Shown piece after piece: positions 40,166-54,000 of a stretch of DNA of 64,000 bases. Made by a program: the position numbers and the translations under genes. Every line of letters starts with the position of its first letter. Position 1 is the stretch's first letter. Under the pieces are notes generated by a model, which saw only the letters and a program-made list of their open reading frames with translations, was not told the origin of the DNA and ran no database searches. Source of the stretch: Marsupella aquatica (taxonomy: Eukaryota; Plantae; Marchantiophyta); assembly GCA_973895155.1 (NCBI GenBank), contig OZ316891.1, positions 13,981,037 to 14,045,036 of the forward strand. The letters run 5' to 3'.

Positions 40166-41619
40166 CACCCATGTAGCCCAATCACCCTCACATAGAATAG
40201 ACTCTCCCCATGGGGCATAATCCCCAAAAGGTATCATTGAGAGCTACCGGTGAATTTTTTGGAAAATGGATATGTTTCCAATATCCAGGCCACTATGTGG
40301 ATGCATAATTCTCTAACCTTGGCCCTGAGCATACCTAGCATTGTTTAGGGGAACAGAACTTTGCTACACTATATATGCACTTGGTGAACCATGGTCAACT
40401 TTGTTGACTTGACCTTGTCACGTTTGATTAGGTTTGTTAAACTTGAGTATACTACTTTCAAAAATGTGGACTTGAGCTTTGTTTTCAATACTTAGTCAAA
40501 ATGTGAGCTTTGGGTTTTACACTACAAAATTTGCAAAGAAGATTGAAGGGGTTGTACAATGGAGCCATGGCAAACTTGATTAAGGGACCTTCATTCTTTC
40601 CTTCATCTATATTGTATCTATTTAAATTTTTACCACAGAATTTTTTCATATTCTTGGAGTGCATGATGTACTTGCTAGATGGGAAAGCTCTTCTCCTGGG
40701 GGTATGCCCAATGGGTTAGAATAGCTTTCATTATACACATTGCTTTCCTCTGTGTTAGTGTTACTTTATAATTTATTTCTAGTTTTACAATTACTTTCTT
40801 TGTTTAATTTGAGGATCACCTATTCTGGTGTTAACTACTTCTATTTGTGATCCCGCTTCTGATATTCTTGCTGTTAGATCTAGGCCTGTAGAGAACCCAT
40901 CAACAATTTTTGGTTTGCTTCATGAAATTTTGAGAGTTTCTTACTGACTAAAAGAAATTAGTGGTACCAGTCCTGCTATTTTTTTTATCCTGAGGAAACT
41001 TTCAAGGCACAAGTGATGTTTGTAGACTGCCAAGAATGGCATAAAACAAACACAAATGCTTGAAAACTTCCTTGAGACCATGGTGGGAGTTGCTTGGCTG
41101 ATCACACTCATATGGCATCTTTGGCTGGCTAGAGTACAGGATACTATACATTTCCCAAAAGAATCTCTCCACACCACGGGTGTCAAAATTGGGAAAATAT
41201 TTTATTGGATATCTTGAACAAACCTGATTGTGAAACCTGAAAACTGTGCACTCCTTGTTCAGGCAAATTACAAACTAAATTGCTAGCTAACATTTCCATT
41301 CCTCACTAAATGATACCAATTCTCCATACCATATCTCTCTGTTGAAGCATTGAGCCAATTGATTTGCTGGGCTTTCCTTAATTGGGTTTATGTGTGACCT
41401 GTGTGCCTCTGTCTTGGCCATTGAATTGGTTGGCCATCTTCACCTGGCTTCAAAAATGTTTTAGCTGGACAACACAAAAAAAACACATTGTGGGTAGACA
41501 TTGGGGCAATGCCTGGGAAGAACCTCAGATTAAGAAGCTTACGAGCCAGTGAGGTTGGCAACATAAGTACTTCTGAGCCAAAAAAAATCCCAAACACTCA
41601 TAAGGCTGCTAAACAAGGC

Positions 41620-42000
41620 AGGAAGTGTAGTGAGCTACTCAAAACATGGCCTGACTGAGTGTCTTTCGGTTGTGGGCTGGAGGGGGGCAGGTACCTCCTT
41701 CCCCGCCCTTGCCCTCCCGACACTTTGTTGTGTTAGTGAGTTTGTTATGCTTGGTGGTTTCCACCCCCTTGCCCGATTCCTAGTGTAAGCTACTCAAGAC
41801 TATCCAAAGCTCATTAAGGATTTTTAAAGAGTTTCCCTGAGACTTGTTTCCTGTTGTGGGGCTATCTCAAACAGTGAGGCAGCTAAGCAAGGCATTAGTC
41901 TCTGCAGAGAAAGTAGCATGCTATTCAAGACTACCCAAAGCTGTTTAAGTAAATGTAAAGACTTTCCCTGAAGACCTGGGGCGGGTTGTGGGGGCTGTCT
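41620..42000. repeat. Degenerate repeat, about 135-160 bp x2-3
   Basis: gctac/ttcaagacta.ccaaagct..ttaag....aaaga.tttccctga..c...gttgtgggg recurs. Confidence 0.55.
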
Positions 42001-42167
42001 AGGGCCGGATTTCTTGTCTGCTCCCCCCCCCCCCTGCTGCAGATTTATCCGTGACTAGCATGCTAGTCCCAAGACGGGAACCAAGAAATGGTTCTCCAAA
42101 TCAACTTTCAGGAACCTCATAAGCTAGGAGCAAGCACTGCCCAGTCAAGTTGCTCTGAAGAGTTTCT

Positions 42168-42850
42168 TGAGAGATATACTTAATGGACCTCCAAACATAG
42201 CTTTTTTTCTTAACCAACCAAAAGATGCATATTTTTGCCTAGTGGACCCAAACTTCCAGATTCCCTCCCAGTGGACCTCTGGGTCCACTACATACAGCAT
42301 GTTCCTGTCAAAGGGTATATCACACAGTTCAGGTTGACTGAGTAGTTGTAGGACACCATGGTTGGTCACGTGTAGTGACATCGATGCAGGCTTTAATTTG
42401 AGTGCTCTTGGCCCAGAAAGTTCACTTACAGGGGTTGTAGGCATCCAGGATTGGGGGTGGTTTGGTTTTTGGGAAGTCCATTGAGACAGCAGAGCAATGC
42501 AAGCATGACCCATAATGATTATTCAATCATACTAACAAAACCATACGTGACATGTATACATAATGCACATTGTACACAAAGTCCACACTTACAAAAGAAA
42601 TTAGTGCCGGTGCCAAAGCCTGCTCTAATGGAAAAACCCTTGCAAATGTTGAACAAAGAATAATGTGTGTTTAAGATACACGTGCACATTTATTCAATGT
42701 TCACAGTAAGAAAAAATAATCTTTACCCCAACTTTCCAAAGACTCTCAGTGCTGAAGTCTGCCCAAATGGACAAAACCATGCCATATCCAAACATAGAAG
42801 TAAGATTGTGCCATGTATACACAATGCACATTGTATGCATAGTGCAGACA
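42168..42850 (+). mobile_element. Fragment of the 27345-28745 long-TIR family
   Basis: gagagatatact.aatggacc.ccaaaca...cccagtggacct..gg.ccac is shared. Confidence 0.55.
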
Positions 42851-44746
42851 GTCTTAGAAAACAAATTCCTCGCTGTCAACTTTTCAATGACAGTGTCACC
42901 GAATCCCACTTGTGGTGATGGTTGGGTCCAGGTGTGGCAAGTCTCCTTAGACATTCAGTGTCACGGGGCCCAAGCTGACCAAGCCTTGTGATAAAAAATT
43001 ATACTCAAGAACCATGAAAACTTAAGAATGTGAAAAATAACATGCCAAATAACAATGAGTGGAAGAAAGCAAAAAAAATGCTTGCAACCATTTAGTTTAC
43101 ATTTTGAATTATAATGAAGAATTCCTTTATATCCAATTGATTTCTTAACAAAGAAAAATGACAAACTCAGATAACCATTTGATCTCATTGATTGATGCAC
43201 ACGATTGATCATTTGCTATTTAAGTGGATGGTGGACGATGGTGCACAATGGTGAGAAGAAATGATTAATGTTGTCAGATTTCTTAGATTGACAAAGGAGA
43301 TCAAATGTTGATAATTAACGGCAACCGTGTGCAATTTAGACTGACAGTACTTTAAGTTAGTTAGCTGTTCTCTTTGGGTTTTCCGGGGGGTTTTCACAAT
43401 ATTGTTTTTAGGTTACTTGGGTATGTTAGCATCTTAAGATGCATCAAAAGAGTTTTCTAGCCAAAATTTTGTCCTCAAACTAGTTTGGGCTGAGATGTTT
43501 TACATTGCTACCTAGCTTTGGGACCTCCTTATTAAATAAATATGGAAAAATGAATTTCCCAAAGCTTTCGAATGACCCTTGTCAAACCAATCAGATGAAA
43601 AAGATTGAATGGAATGTAACAAAAAAGGGGCCAGGACCCAATAGACCGGTGGAAAGTTGGGTGGGTAAAAATTTAGGTTTAATATGGATTTTTATAATTA
43701 TCTCATTCAACCGCTAACAATGGCCCATGACAAAAACATGATCAATGCCATTAGTTTTAGACCAAAACTCTTGCTTGTCGAGCTAATTAATTATTGAGCT
43801 TGATTGTGAGCTCATCTTGCTGGTTTTCAAAAATTGTTGGCTTGAAGTGTCACCAGATGACATCTAGGTCTGCATAATAAGTTACAAATAAGGTCTACTC
43901 AGTTTTCATCTGTGGTGAGACAAAGGGTGGTGCTTGAAGGAGCGTGTAAAATGAGCTCCGTCAACCTTTGTGGGATAACTTGTACTATTAGGCAATGAGA
44001 GACAAGTACAAAATAGAGAGTCCACAAACTCATTAGTAAAATACCCCATGGATTGATGTTACATTGCCATTGTCCATGACAAAACCTGGATCCACCAGGG
44101 TTCACCAGTTTGAGTACCTCTTTCCTCAAGTTATGGAGCAAAGTCTCATGGTAGAGGAGAGGAATGTGAAAAAGAGAGAAACTGGGTTAAGGGCCATTCC
44201 AATTACTTGAGTTATATATTGCCACGGTCCTATTGTACATTGCAAAGAAGCAACATAGTAATTCTATTAATTTAAGGGGCAACTTAAAAAGTGGAATCCA
44301 GATGGACCTCCATGTTGGACACAATGCTCCCCTGGACCACATTTGGGTGATTTATGGGAATTTTGGGCTTATAACTTGATGATTCTGAGTCTTAAATAAA
44401 ATTTTAAATTTCCTGCAAGCTAGGCAACTAGAGATGGAGAGACATACAAAAACACAAGCTCTAATGTTTCATATTTACACAACTAAAATCTAGCAGAATT
44501 TACCCCTCCACATTCCATGATGCATAACTCAACCAAAATGGCCAAAAATGCACTACCACTTTGATGGAAGTGTAACTTACCCACTCCTCTAGAACATCCT
44601 CACAACTGAAAAATATTTGAATTTATGAACATCAAGCTATTATGATTTAACTCAAATTTTGTGAAATGAGGTCCATGGGGGTTTCAAAAGGCCAACATAG
44701 TGGTCCATGGGAGCATCACTTTCGGGCAACTTGGTGATTTTTCTAT

Positions 44747-45238
44747 CAGCTTTTTACTAACATGTCCCCCAAACTACCCTATATTACCAATGTTGCCCCC
44801 CCCAAAAAATTAATTATCAACCCGTCCCTCATTTATACCGGGATCAGTATTAACTTTTATAAGGGTTCTTGTTGCCATGTGGCAAGTCAGTATTGGCTAG
44901 CCTTAACCCGCAGCCACCCCCCTGGGCCACCCTTCCCTGTTGCAAGGCAGATTTTCAGGTCTGAGAGGGTAAAAAATATTTAGTTTTTCCTCCACACTCC
45001 CCTCACAAAACCTGACACTTTTGGCCCTCATTTTTACTTAGGAAAGTGCAGCAGGGAAGGGAAAGGGGGCGAAGGTGGGTTAAGGCTAGCCATACTGACT
45101 TGTCACATGACAATGAGAACCGGGATGAGAACCCTTAGACTAATTAATATTGACCTTAGTACAAAATGCGAGATGGGTTGATAATTAGTTTTGTTGGAAG
45201 TCATGGAAAGTTTGGGGGACAGGTTAGTAAAAAACTGC
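44747..45238. mobile_element. Mutator-like MITE/foldback with TIRs of about 170 bp and 9-bp TSD TTTTTCTAT
   Basis: Left tttttactaacatgtcccccaaact...caagtcagtattggctagccttaaccc pairs with right gggttaaggctagccatactgacttg...agtttgggggacaggttagtaaaaa; TTTTTCTAT at 44738-44746 and 45239-45247. Confidence 0.85.
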
Positions 45239-46713
45239 TTTTTCTATTTTGCTGGTGACATAATAGAAAACGCTTTATATGAGAGAAAATGATAATGTGC
45301 AAAATCTCATAATTTTATCTAGGTTGCAAGCACTCTATCGCGCCATTTTAGACGAGGTTCTATTTGCCTACACATGGGAAATTGAAGAGGCCACTTGGTA
45401 CTCGAGTCTGATGAGTACAGTACAATATCCAAGTTCTACAGACGCAAGTATGTCACATTCATAAATTGCTCCAACTGCAAAGGTAGAGATAATCCGGCAT
45501 TTTCCCGCACCAAAAATGTGACACCTTTCAATACAGGGGAGGGTTTCTCGTCATTATTTTGTAGTAACACAACTTTGAAGGGAGTCGCCTTTTGCATTGT
45601 GCACCCAATAATGCGTATGTTTGATGTGAAGGAGGAGTAGGTAGGACTTGTCTGATCAAGTTGATAATTTCCTTACCATGTTCCTTATCAAGTTCTGATC
45701 AAGTTCATTGTAAGGAAATGATGGACTTGTCTGATCAAGTTGATCAATGGACAATTTCAGTTTACTCCATGAAAAGAATGTCTGAAAGAAAGGGAAGAAA
45801 GGTATGTTTGGTCAATTTCACCTTGTGAGAACTCACAGTCTGATAATGCTATGTAATGGCTGTCAAACAATATACGTGATGATGTAATGTAATCTAACTA
45901 TGTAATGGCAATCAAATGCTAACTCTATGTAAAGAATGAGCACTCAGACTAGTGTCTGTCAGTAGTGAAATGCCTAATTGCCTTAGTACTACTATACATA
46001 GCAACTCAAATGCGTCACAAACTCACAATGTTGGGCTCATTACAATTTATACACCTAATAAGTAGTGTCTCGATCAATTAGCGTCGTTAATTACGCGGCA
46101 AATAATCATCGTTCACTTCCACTCTTCCAGCCCGGCGCCAAGCCTGGACTCACCAGCAGTATCTCTCTCGCAGTCTCGCTCGACTCTCGGGCCCCGGCGC
46201 CCCAGGCGGCCGACCCGGCCCCTGTCGAGTGTCGACTGCCTCGTCCGTCCCTGTTGGTTGCCCGGCTTGCCTTTGCCTTGCCTTGGCTTCCATGCCGGGA
46301 TCTGGCCTTGTCCCGATTGGCCCTGCATGCCCCTTCGCGGAGGTACAACGGTATTACGGTCCCTGTCTGCCTTCGTTGCCCCGATACACTACTGTAGTTA
46401 GTAGCTGAGTAGTAGTAGTATTTCTATACGGTGTGGAGCAGCAGCGAGCAGGAGGGACATGACAGGACCGGACCGGACCGGACCAGCGCTGGTGAGTTCT
46501 GCCCCGCCTGACCTGGCCTGGCGTGCAGGGAGACAGGTAAAAGCGGGCCCGCCACGGGCCTCAGTTAGAGCATCACATCACGTTCATGGCAGGCTGAAGG
46601 TCTCTTTGGCAGCACTCTTCCTTATGCTGCGGCGCGTCTTCTCATCATCATCATCATTACCCGGTGTTGGGTATACCGCAGCAGAGCAGCACTCCATAGA
46701 AGACCATTTAGAG

Positions 46714-47269
46714 ATGCAGCCGGGCACGTTGCCGGGCTCTCGAGGGCCATCTCCGGGTGCAGCAGCAGCAGCAGCAGTTGTAGCAGTAGGAAGCAGCAGC
46801 AGCAACGGAAGCAGTAGTGGTCGCGCAGGCGCATCGACACACATTCAACAAGCCATGCCTTCACTCCTGAGCCCCCCTCAGCAGCAGCACCATCAGTCCT
46901 CCGCGCTGCAATTCGAGCAGGCGGAGCATTCTGCTCCTCCAGCTATGGACGAATTCCTGGACCAAATGTTCTCGCTGCCTTCTTGGAACGACATGGGGGC
47001 AAGTGGTGGCAGTAATGCGGGACGGGCTCCCTGGGAGTACAATGCAGTGGGAGCTGCGGCAGCCACCCGCTTGGGTGTCGATGCTCAGAAGCTCTTCACA
47101 ATGTCGCTGCTCCCCACTGGATTACTGGGATCGCAGCACACCCGAGACCTGCAAGATGGGGGGCCTGATAGTGCTCACGTGGGTGACAGCGTGATCTATG
47201 CAAACGATGATAATCTCCTTAGCGGTCCTCGTGTGCGCGGCCTGCAAGACAATTCTTCGCCAGCTTCAG
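46714..47269 (+). CDS. LRL: LRL exon 1
   Basis: MQPG...[13 protein letters not shown]; donor TCAG|gtact. Confidence 0.8.
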
Positions 47270-50200
47270 GTACTACTGTCAATTTGCTCCCAGTTTTGCC
47301 AAAGGCATGGCAACGATGGATCTTCTATCGATGGGGCCAAAGGGTCAGAGAGTAGAAAGGCAGGCAGGAACTCAGGCGCACTTGTCAGACCTAGAATGAA
47401 GGAATGATGGAGAATTTCAAAGGGTGGGCTGGGGAGAGAGGGGTAGGGGGGTACTAGGGGGTGTCCTCTTGCATTGTCCAGCCGCCGCATTCTTTGTATA
47501 ATTCAGGAGAGTCTGTGTTAGTTGCATCCGTCATGGGCATGCTTTGCAATGCAAGTCGCTAACTAGCAGATTCCAGGTATTGGATCGCGAGGAGCAGGAA
47601 CAGGAGCAGGAGGAGCGACGACTCTCACGAGATCTCCGTCGGTAGGAAGCAGTGGAAGTGAGGGGTCAGGTGGTCCTCAGTCGCCACCACCCATTGCTCC
47701 CACATGGAGACAACCTTATGTTGGTGGAGTGCCACCATTGCCGTTGGGTCTAGGTCAGGCCAAGCCAGAATCTCTTATCCGTGGAGACTCAGGCGAGGCC
47801 CATCTTCTTGGGAAAAGGTCTCGAGACGATGACGAGGTTTCCATGAGAGAAACGCACTCCGGAAACAATGTGAGTGCTTGGGAACCCGCCTTGGTTTCAA
47901 TTCACTCAGACTGCGCAATAGGAAGAACTATGACGGTATCTGTTACAGTTGCTCACTTTTGACTGTGTTGAGCTGAAAATTTGTTTGCGAGAAGTACTGA
48001 TGTCTTCCATGTCTAACATAGAGAGGCATTTCCTCTCAACGCAGCTTCGTGAGGGGCCCCAAGGTCTCTTCGCCTCTTTCGCAGGCGCCCAAATAGCTCA
48101 GACACAAGTGCCTCGCGCCGCTGGCCAACCATCCCATCAACAGGTAGGAATTACTTACACCGTGCGCGGACTTTATCATATCTAACTCGTTGAGGATGTT
48201 GAGGAAAGGGAACATTTAATATAGAAGTGCCAAACATAGGAGGTGGCCGAGTCGAATATGCAATGATTATATGCTGCTGCCTACTTCTTGTTTCGTAGGG
48301 AAATGGCGGATCTTCGCAAGGAGTTCAGGCAGGACAAGCCGTTCCTGTAGTTTATGGAAGTCAGGCCGTTATTGCCCAACCACAAGCAGGGTCTGGCGTT
48401 GCTGCCATATCTGCCCGACCCCGAGTGCGGGCACGGCGCGGCCAAGCTACCGATCCACACAGCATTGCTGAGAGGGTAAGTCTATCAGGTTGCATTCTTA
48501 TCTGCGTTCGTCTCGTGGATCATTTAGCCATCATGTCAAGGTATTAGAGTGACGTCTGACCTGTTTCCGAGTCACTACCTTCACGTTTCTGGACTTAATC
48601 TATAAACTGTCACCCCGCTGTCATCAAACGCCTTCTTCTGCACCCTTTAGCTGTTCATCGAGCCACTGGCCGGCGGCCTTCTCGTTGTGCGCATTTTCGA
48701 CAGTTTGAAAATATGTTCATCGGGGCTTCTTATGTCGTGATTTGCAGCTTCGCCGAGAGAGGATAGCGGAGAGGATGAAGGCCTTACAAGAACTGGTTCC
48801 GAACTCCAACAAGGTAAAGTACTCATAGCTGTTGTTATCATTCTCTCGTAGCCCGGATGAGGATTCACGGTAGCCGAATGCATCATCGCATCAGATCAAT
48901 GTGTGCGTCGTCCTAGAAATTCAGATGTGAGCAGATCGATCTTTCAGGTTTGTACCCATCAAGGTACATCACAGTGATGCACAGCAATGCTACGGTATAC
49001 AGGGTCAGGTAGGGTTTGTTTGTTCCATGCAAGGGGGAGGGGGATATTAGTGACCTGTAAGGGCGGACCCGTAATTCGCGGTACATTAGGAAATCTGACA
49101 ACTGGGCGTCAGCTGTAAATAAGGACATCCAGCTCGTCTGCCGCAGGACAACATGTGGTTGGCAACCTGAGACTCGCAGGCAAATGCGGACATCAAGAAT
49201 TTCGTCGCTCCAGTATGAGCATCAGATTGCAGCTCGGGTCATGCAGTAGTCATGTCCAGGACGTTCGTCGAGGAACCACTACTCACTGGTCGTTGAAAAG
49301 TGAATAGTCACCACGCACTTTCAGACTCTGGTCAGATGTGCATTCAGCCATCGTACTGAGGAAACGTACTCATCGTCAAATCCATTTTCCCTAGTGCTAT
49401 CGAGATAGTCAAATCTGGCAGGGATCCAGGTTGTCACCAATCAGGGCCGGAAAATTTAAGTGGAATGGAAGGTGGGTTTCGTGAGTGGCTACAGAAACAG
49501 CTTGCGGGATTTGCCAAGTCTAGAAGTTGGCGCGATAAATACCGAGTTCATATCAGTCTCTAAATTGTTGGTCACGTCGTGGATAAAACTGCCGATTTTG
49601 ATTGCAAACAGCTCGCGACCTACCGCGGACGAGTGCACAGTCGGGCAAGTCGCGTACAGGATAGGAATTTGAGAGAAGATCAAGTCCTTCGAAAGCTAGC
49701 CGATGGGGATTGGAGCAACTTTGGAAGTTGGAACGACTTGATCGACGATTGGGAAATGTTATATTCTGTTGGGGCGATCGAACCTAATATTACCGTATCT
49801 GGTGCATAAGTCTACTTGATCTCCCCATACGTGTCATACAGGTACCTTAGTTACGTTAGGGATCTATCTGATCATTACTCGTAGTGTAGGATCCGTACAC
49901 GACTCGCCGCAAGACAAGTAAATGCGACCTGGTCTAATTCTACGGAAATTCTACGGAGGCAATGAGGACGTTTTGAAGTTGCTTTGTTGTGGTTGTGGTC
50001 GAAGCCGAGACGGATTGATTTGATCTGAGCCCTCGTCTGTGGGAGCTCAGGTACTGAAATTGAACTTGTCGCTATTTTACAGACTGATAAAGCGTCAATG
50101 TTAGATGAGATCATCGATTACGTGAAATTCTTGCAATTGCAAGTCAAGGTAAACCTTTGTCACTCTCGTTAGGTAGTTGATGTGGTGGGACTTTCAGTTA

Positions 50201-51006
50201 TTTTCTCGTAACAAGTGAATGCCTGACAGTGTATCAATGGCTCCGTCATTACAATTTATCCAGCCAATTGATTTGTCTCTCACCACGGCTCTCTCTGAAT
50301 GTGCCTACCAGGTTTTGAGCATGAGTAGATTGGGCGGTGCTGGTGCTGTAGCACCATTAGTAGCAGATCTCCCGTCTGAGGTAGTGGTACACTGGACATA
50401 TGTCCCTTTTGCCCAATGTTTGCATTCTAATTTTATCGGCATCGACATGTCCAGCCAGGATCTCTCCTTTTTCTGATCGGGAAATGATTGTGATGATTCC
50501 AGGGTCCAAGCAATTATGTGACAGCGACAATGGGTCGCACCAACGGTGGCCCAGGCCCTAGTCAAGATGGACTGGCGTTGACGGAGCGACAGGTAGCTCG
50601 ACTTATGGAGGAAGATATGGGGTCGGCCATGCAGTACTTACAAAGCAAGGGACTTTGCCTTATGCCGATATCTCTAGCTACAGCGATCTCTAGCACTAAC
50701 TCCCGATCTCAAGGTGGAAATCACGGTGTGCAAGGCTCGGGTGAAAGGCAGCGCTCGGAAGCCCCAGCGGGGGCTGCAGCTGGTATCAACAGCATTGCTT
50801 CCTTCACAGGTGGTTCCCCATCCGCCTCTGGTGCCATTGACGGCGACAGTGCAAACAAATCTGGCAACGGCGCCCCTAAGAACGCGATTAAGGATAATAG
50901 AGATGCAATCGCCGAAAAGACAAGTGGAGGTTCCTCGTCCAAGCAATCACCCAAATCCAAGACTCAATTCAAGGGCAAGGAAGAATCCCAAAGACGAAGT
51001 CAATAG
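46714..51006 (+). CDS. LRL: LRL (LOTUS JAPONICUS ROOTHAIRLESS1-LIKE) subfamily XI bHLH transcription factor, 8 exons: join(46714..47269,47577..47869,48045..48143,48299..48475,48748..48813,50083..50148,50312..50380,50503..51006), about 609 aa
   Basis: The spliced product contains the LRL bHLH ([81 protein letters not shown]), the C-terminal LRL domain ([37 protein letters not shown]) and the N-terminal [13 protein letters not shown] motif. All introns are GT-AG and in phase. The start codon is uncertain (in-frame ATGs also at 46459 and 46624). Confidence 0.95.
47577..47869 (+). CDS. LRL: LRL exon 2
   Basis: ttccag|GT ATT...AAT|gtgagt; the only nearby acceptor that keeps the frame. Confidence 0.75.
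48045..48143 (+). CDS. LRL: LRL exon 3
   Basis: acgcag|CTT...CAG|gtagg, 99 nt. Confidence 0.8.
48299..48475 (+). CDS. LRL: LRL exon 4 (basic region)
   Basis: Encodes [20 protein letters not shown], followed by donor gtaag. Confidence 0.93.
48748..48813 (+). CDS. LRL: LRL exon 5 (helix 1-loop)
   Basis: Encodes [22 protein letters not shown]. Confidence 0.95.
50083..50148 (+). CDS. LRL: LRL exon 6 (helix 2)
   Basis: Encodes [22 protein letters not shown]. Confidence 0.95.
50312..50380 (+). CDS. LRL: LRL exon 7
   Basis: Encodes [23 protein letters not shown]. Confidence 0.93.
50503..51006 (+). CDS. LRL: LRL exon 8 (LRL domain, terminal)
   Basis: Encodes [24 protein letters not shown]; TAG at 51004-51006. 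Confidence 0.92.
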   Translation, partial: GPSNYVTATMGRTNGGPGPSQDGLALTERQVARLMEEDMGSAMQYLQSKGLCLMPISLATAISSTNSRSQGGNHGVQGSGERQRSEAPAGAAAGINSIASFTGGSPSASGAIDGDSANKSGNGAPKNAIKDNRDAIAEKTSGGSSSKQSPKSKTQFKGKEESQRRSQ

Positions 51007-54000
51007 CCCCTAAGGAGTCCAATGAAAATCATCTGCCTCGATTCCAAGAAGTGACTTGAGGACCCGGAGAAGGAAGCTATGTACGTACACCCCAGACTTG
51101 GTCAATCCTTGTAAGTTGACAAGTGAATGGATCGAACGAGATGGCAGTGGAGATTCCTACATTGGTATGGGATGGAATGGGATGTGGCCGCTTGCACATG
51201 TAGCTCTGCTCAGGAAGCTCGTCGGCATGTGGATTCGACTGTATCAATGGAGTAAGTTGGATATAAGCTACATATTCAGAGTTGGCAGACATTCGAGCTA
51301 GCCAGGGTGTGCAACGTTGGGACAGCTACTATTGACTGGTATTCCAAAACCACCCCGCCTTTTCCTCTGGCAGAAAAGCTTCTCCAACGTGCAAAAATTC
51401 ATTCAGAACCATCAGGAAGTTCGTACATTATTTCGACAGCACCTTTGAGGGAAGACGAAAACATCCGTTCACTGAAATACGACAAGGGACTGACTTCCAA
51501 CCACCTCTGCTACTCTTCTTTCTTCAACCTACATAGCTACTACCATTGCTGTAGTGGCTGCAGCAGCTCTGCCGTGTAACTACACCCAACATACGATTCT
51601 CGCTGTCTGCTTTCCTTGAAACTCTGAAACGCCACCCCACCCGCCGAGCGAAAAAGCTCACGGGCAAGAGGCATCGGCTGCTTTAATTTTAAAAGAATTG
51701 GATCGCTCTCCTTTTTCACAGCAATCGAACAACTTTTTGTTCACCGCTACAAGCATCAATGTCATCCTTGTCTCGTTCGTTTATCTTGTGTCTGTCTGCT
51801 CCGGTTTTTAAATCGGCTTTCATGGTGCATTGAACATCAGGTTTCTTTATCTGCGAAGGCGACATGTCATTTCGTTCACGGATTCTATCTGATCTTCCCC
51901 TTCCTTCGCGACCGAGGTGCCGCCGGTTTTTCCACTGTGTAGGTCCCATTCGTCAGGGATGTGCGTCATTCGTATTTGTCGGCTTCGAATTATGACGAGT
52001 TCGTGTCGTGCACTGTCGTGGAAGTCGTGCAATGTCGTGGAACATACTCACAGTAAAATAATTACTATTATAATACTAGTAATGCGTTGACACGATTGTC
52101 ATTTTATCTGAGACGAAGGGAATTCGTAATGAAGTCAACCTCCTGCGCAGTTGATTGCGTCGAAAACCGTAGCTTGTTTAGCGCGCCGCAGTGGAGAGTA
52201 GCGGTTCTCGAACTCATTGATGAGCGAATACAGCCAAAAACTCCCAGTATTCACATCGTTGCTCGCAGTCTCCGGCCTCTCACACCGGATCGCATGCTAG
52301 CCCCCGCATCCATGATTCCCGTCGCGCACAATTAGCGTTCCTGAGCCGAAACACGCTTCACTTCCGTTGTTTGCATTAGGGGTAGATACGGTCAAGGACT
52401 CTACACTCGTGGTTCCGGGATCCAAATGCTAGACCGTCGATGATCGAAAAGCAGTTGAGTAGATCCTTGGGTTTGTAACCTCGACTCGTCCCAGCCCTCC
52501 ATCGCGAGGAGTCAGCAAAAGTGAGAATCAAGTCAATAAATGAGGCTGTCTGTCAGCCTTGCCAACTTGCTCCTATAATAATGTCTCAATCCCCTTAAAA
52601 CACGGAAGAGTCGCAATACAGTAGACCTTCTAACGATACGATTCGTGGGACCAGAGAGCCTAAGGATGGAAAGCTACTGCGCTTGTTTTTCTTGGCCCTG
52701 AAAGTTCAAATAGATTCAAAGAAAAATAGCATAAAAAGTGTGCTAATCAAACCAGGTAAGGAGGTAGTTAAATAATACATTTCACGTCTCCAGGAAAGAG
52801 CACTCTTCACTTTCAAGCTCCGACAGTGGTTCCGTTCACTGAATCTCGATGGCAGTCTACATGCTTCTAGCAAAATCCACCGTAAGCATTCGTGCTTAAA
52901 GTGCTTCAAGTTAAGAACATCTTATGTAGACACAACTCACCGCTTTGGCACGAAATAATGCTGTTCCTGCCGTCTGGACAGTCTGGCTACTGGCTGGGTC
53001 TTCGTCTGCACACGCCACCTTAATGAATTTTGTAAGCCTTCTGTCGAACATCTTTTTCTGTCGAACATCTTTTTCTGTGAAAGTCTTCTCGACATATTGT
53101 ACTTTAATTACCACCCGCCAGCCCGAGGGTACGACGCCGTTGTGTGACCTATATGTGTGTATGGCGCGCTGTGCAACGCAGACGAAAGTCCACCCCATCA
53201 TTGCCATCTGACCTTCTGCCCATGCTTCCCCCACGGCCCCCGGGAAAAAACAGTTCACAGTTAACTGAAAAGCTTCCGTTTCGAGCAACGCTAAGTCCGA
53301 GGTCCTCTGATTTCAGATTCTCTCGTGCGGTAGGCCATTTATATACAGATTGGCACACTCGGAGCACGTCCCTCGATCCCTTGGCTTCGAACTAAAATAT
53401 GTTTCACCGCGAAGCAATCAATCAATCCATTCGAGTACGCTAGACATCTGAGCTATAGGAGCTACAGGACCAAGTTAGTGGTAATGGTGCAACTGATCTT
53501 CGACTAAACCTCGTAGGGATCACATGTACAGTTGTGACATTGATTCATGCGTGTGTTTCTGATTCATAGTTCAGCGTTATGCTGAGCTCGTACGCACCCG
53601 AGTCGAATCGGTTACTTTTAATTGTTTCTGTCAATTAAGACGAAGCTCAATCATGTTAGCATGAAAGGCTCGATCCTAACGAAGCAATCAATCTCGGCTG
53701 AAATCGTGGTGACCACCACCGGCATCCTTTGTCGAACTGCGACAGACCGACAGACACAGATGACCGTGTCGAGTGTGTCGTGTCGCGTACTGAAGAGTTG
53801 GTGGCAAGCAGTACTTCCTCTTTATCATGGAATTGCAGAAGATTAACGTTCTAGCTTCTCGGAGAGCTCGTAAATTCGTGAGGCAAAGTGTTGAGGACTT
53901 GAGGCCGTCCGTAGTCAAAACTTTGTACGTGAGTAACGTTACGTCCCTCTTTTGCCTCCGTTCATCAAATCATGACCGACAAAGCGCGACCCGTAAAAAG

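Noticed and set aside
40950-41200. LINE C-terminal relic (LIWHLWLARV)
   Set aside because: Too short and degenerate to support.
46459-47355. 298-aa ORF as a standalone gene
   Set aside because: It is LRL exon 1 plus upstream sequence and intron 1 read-through; the donor at 47270 links it in frame to the bHLH exons.
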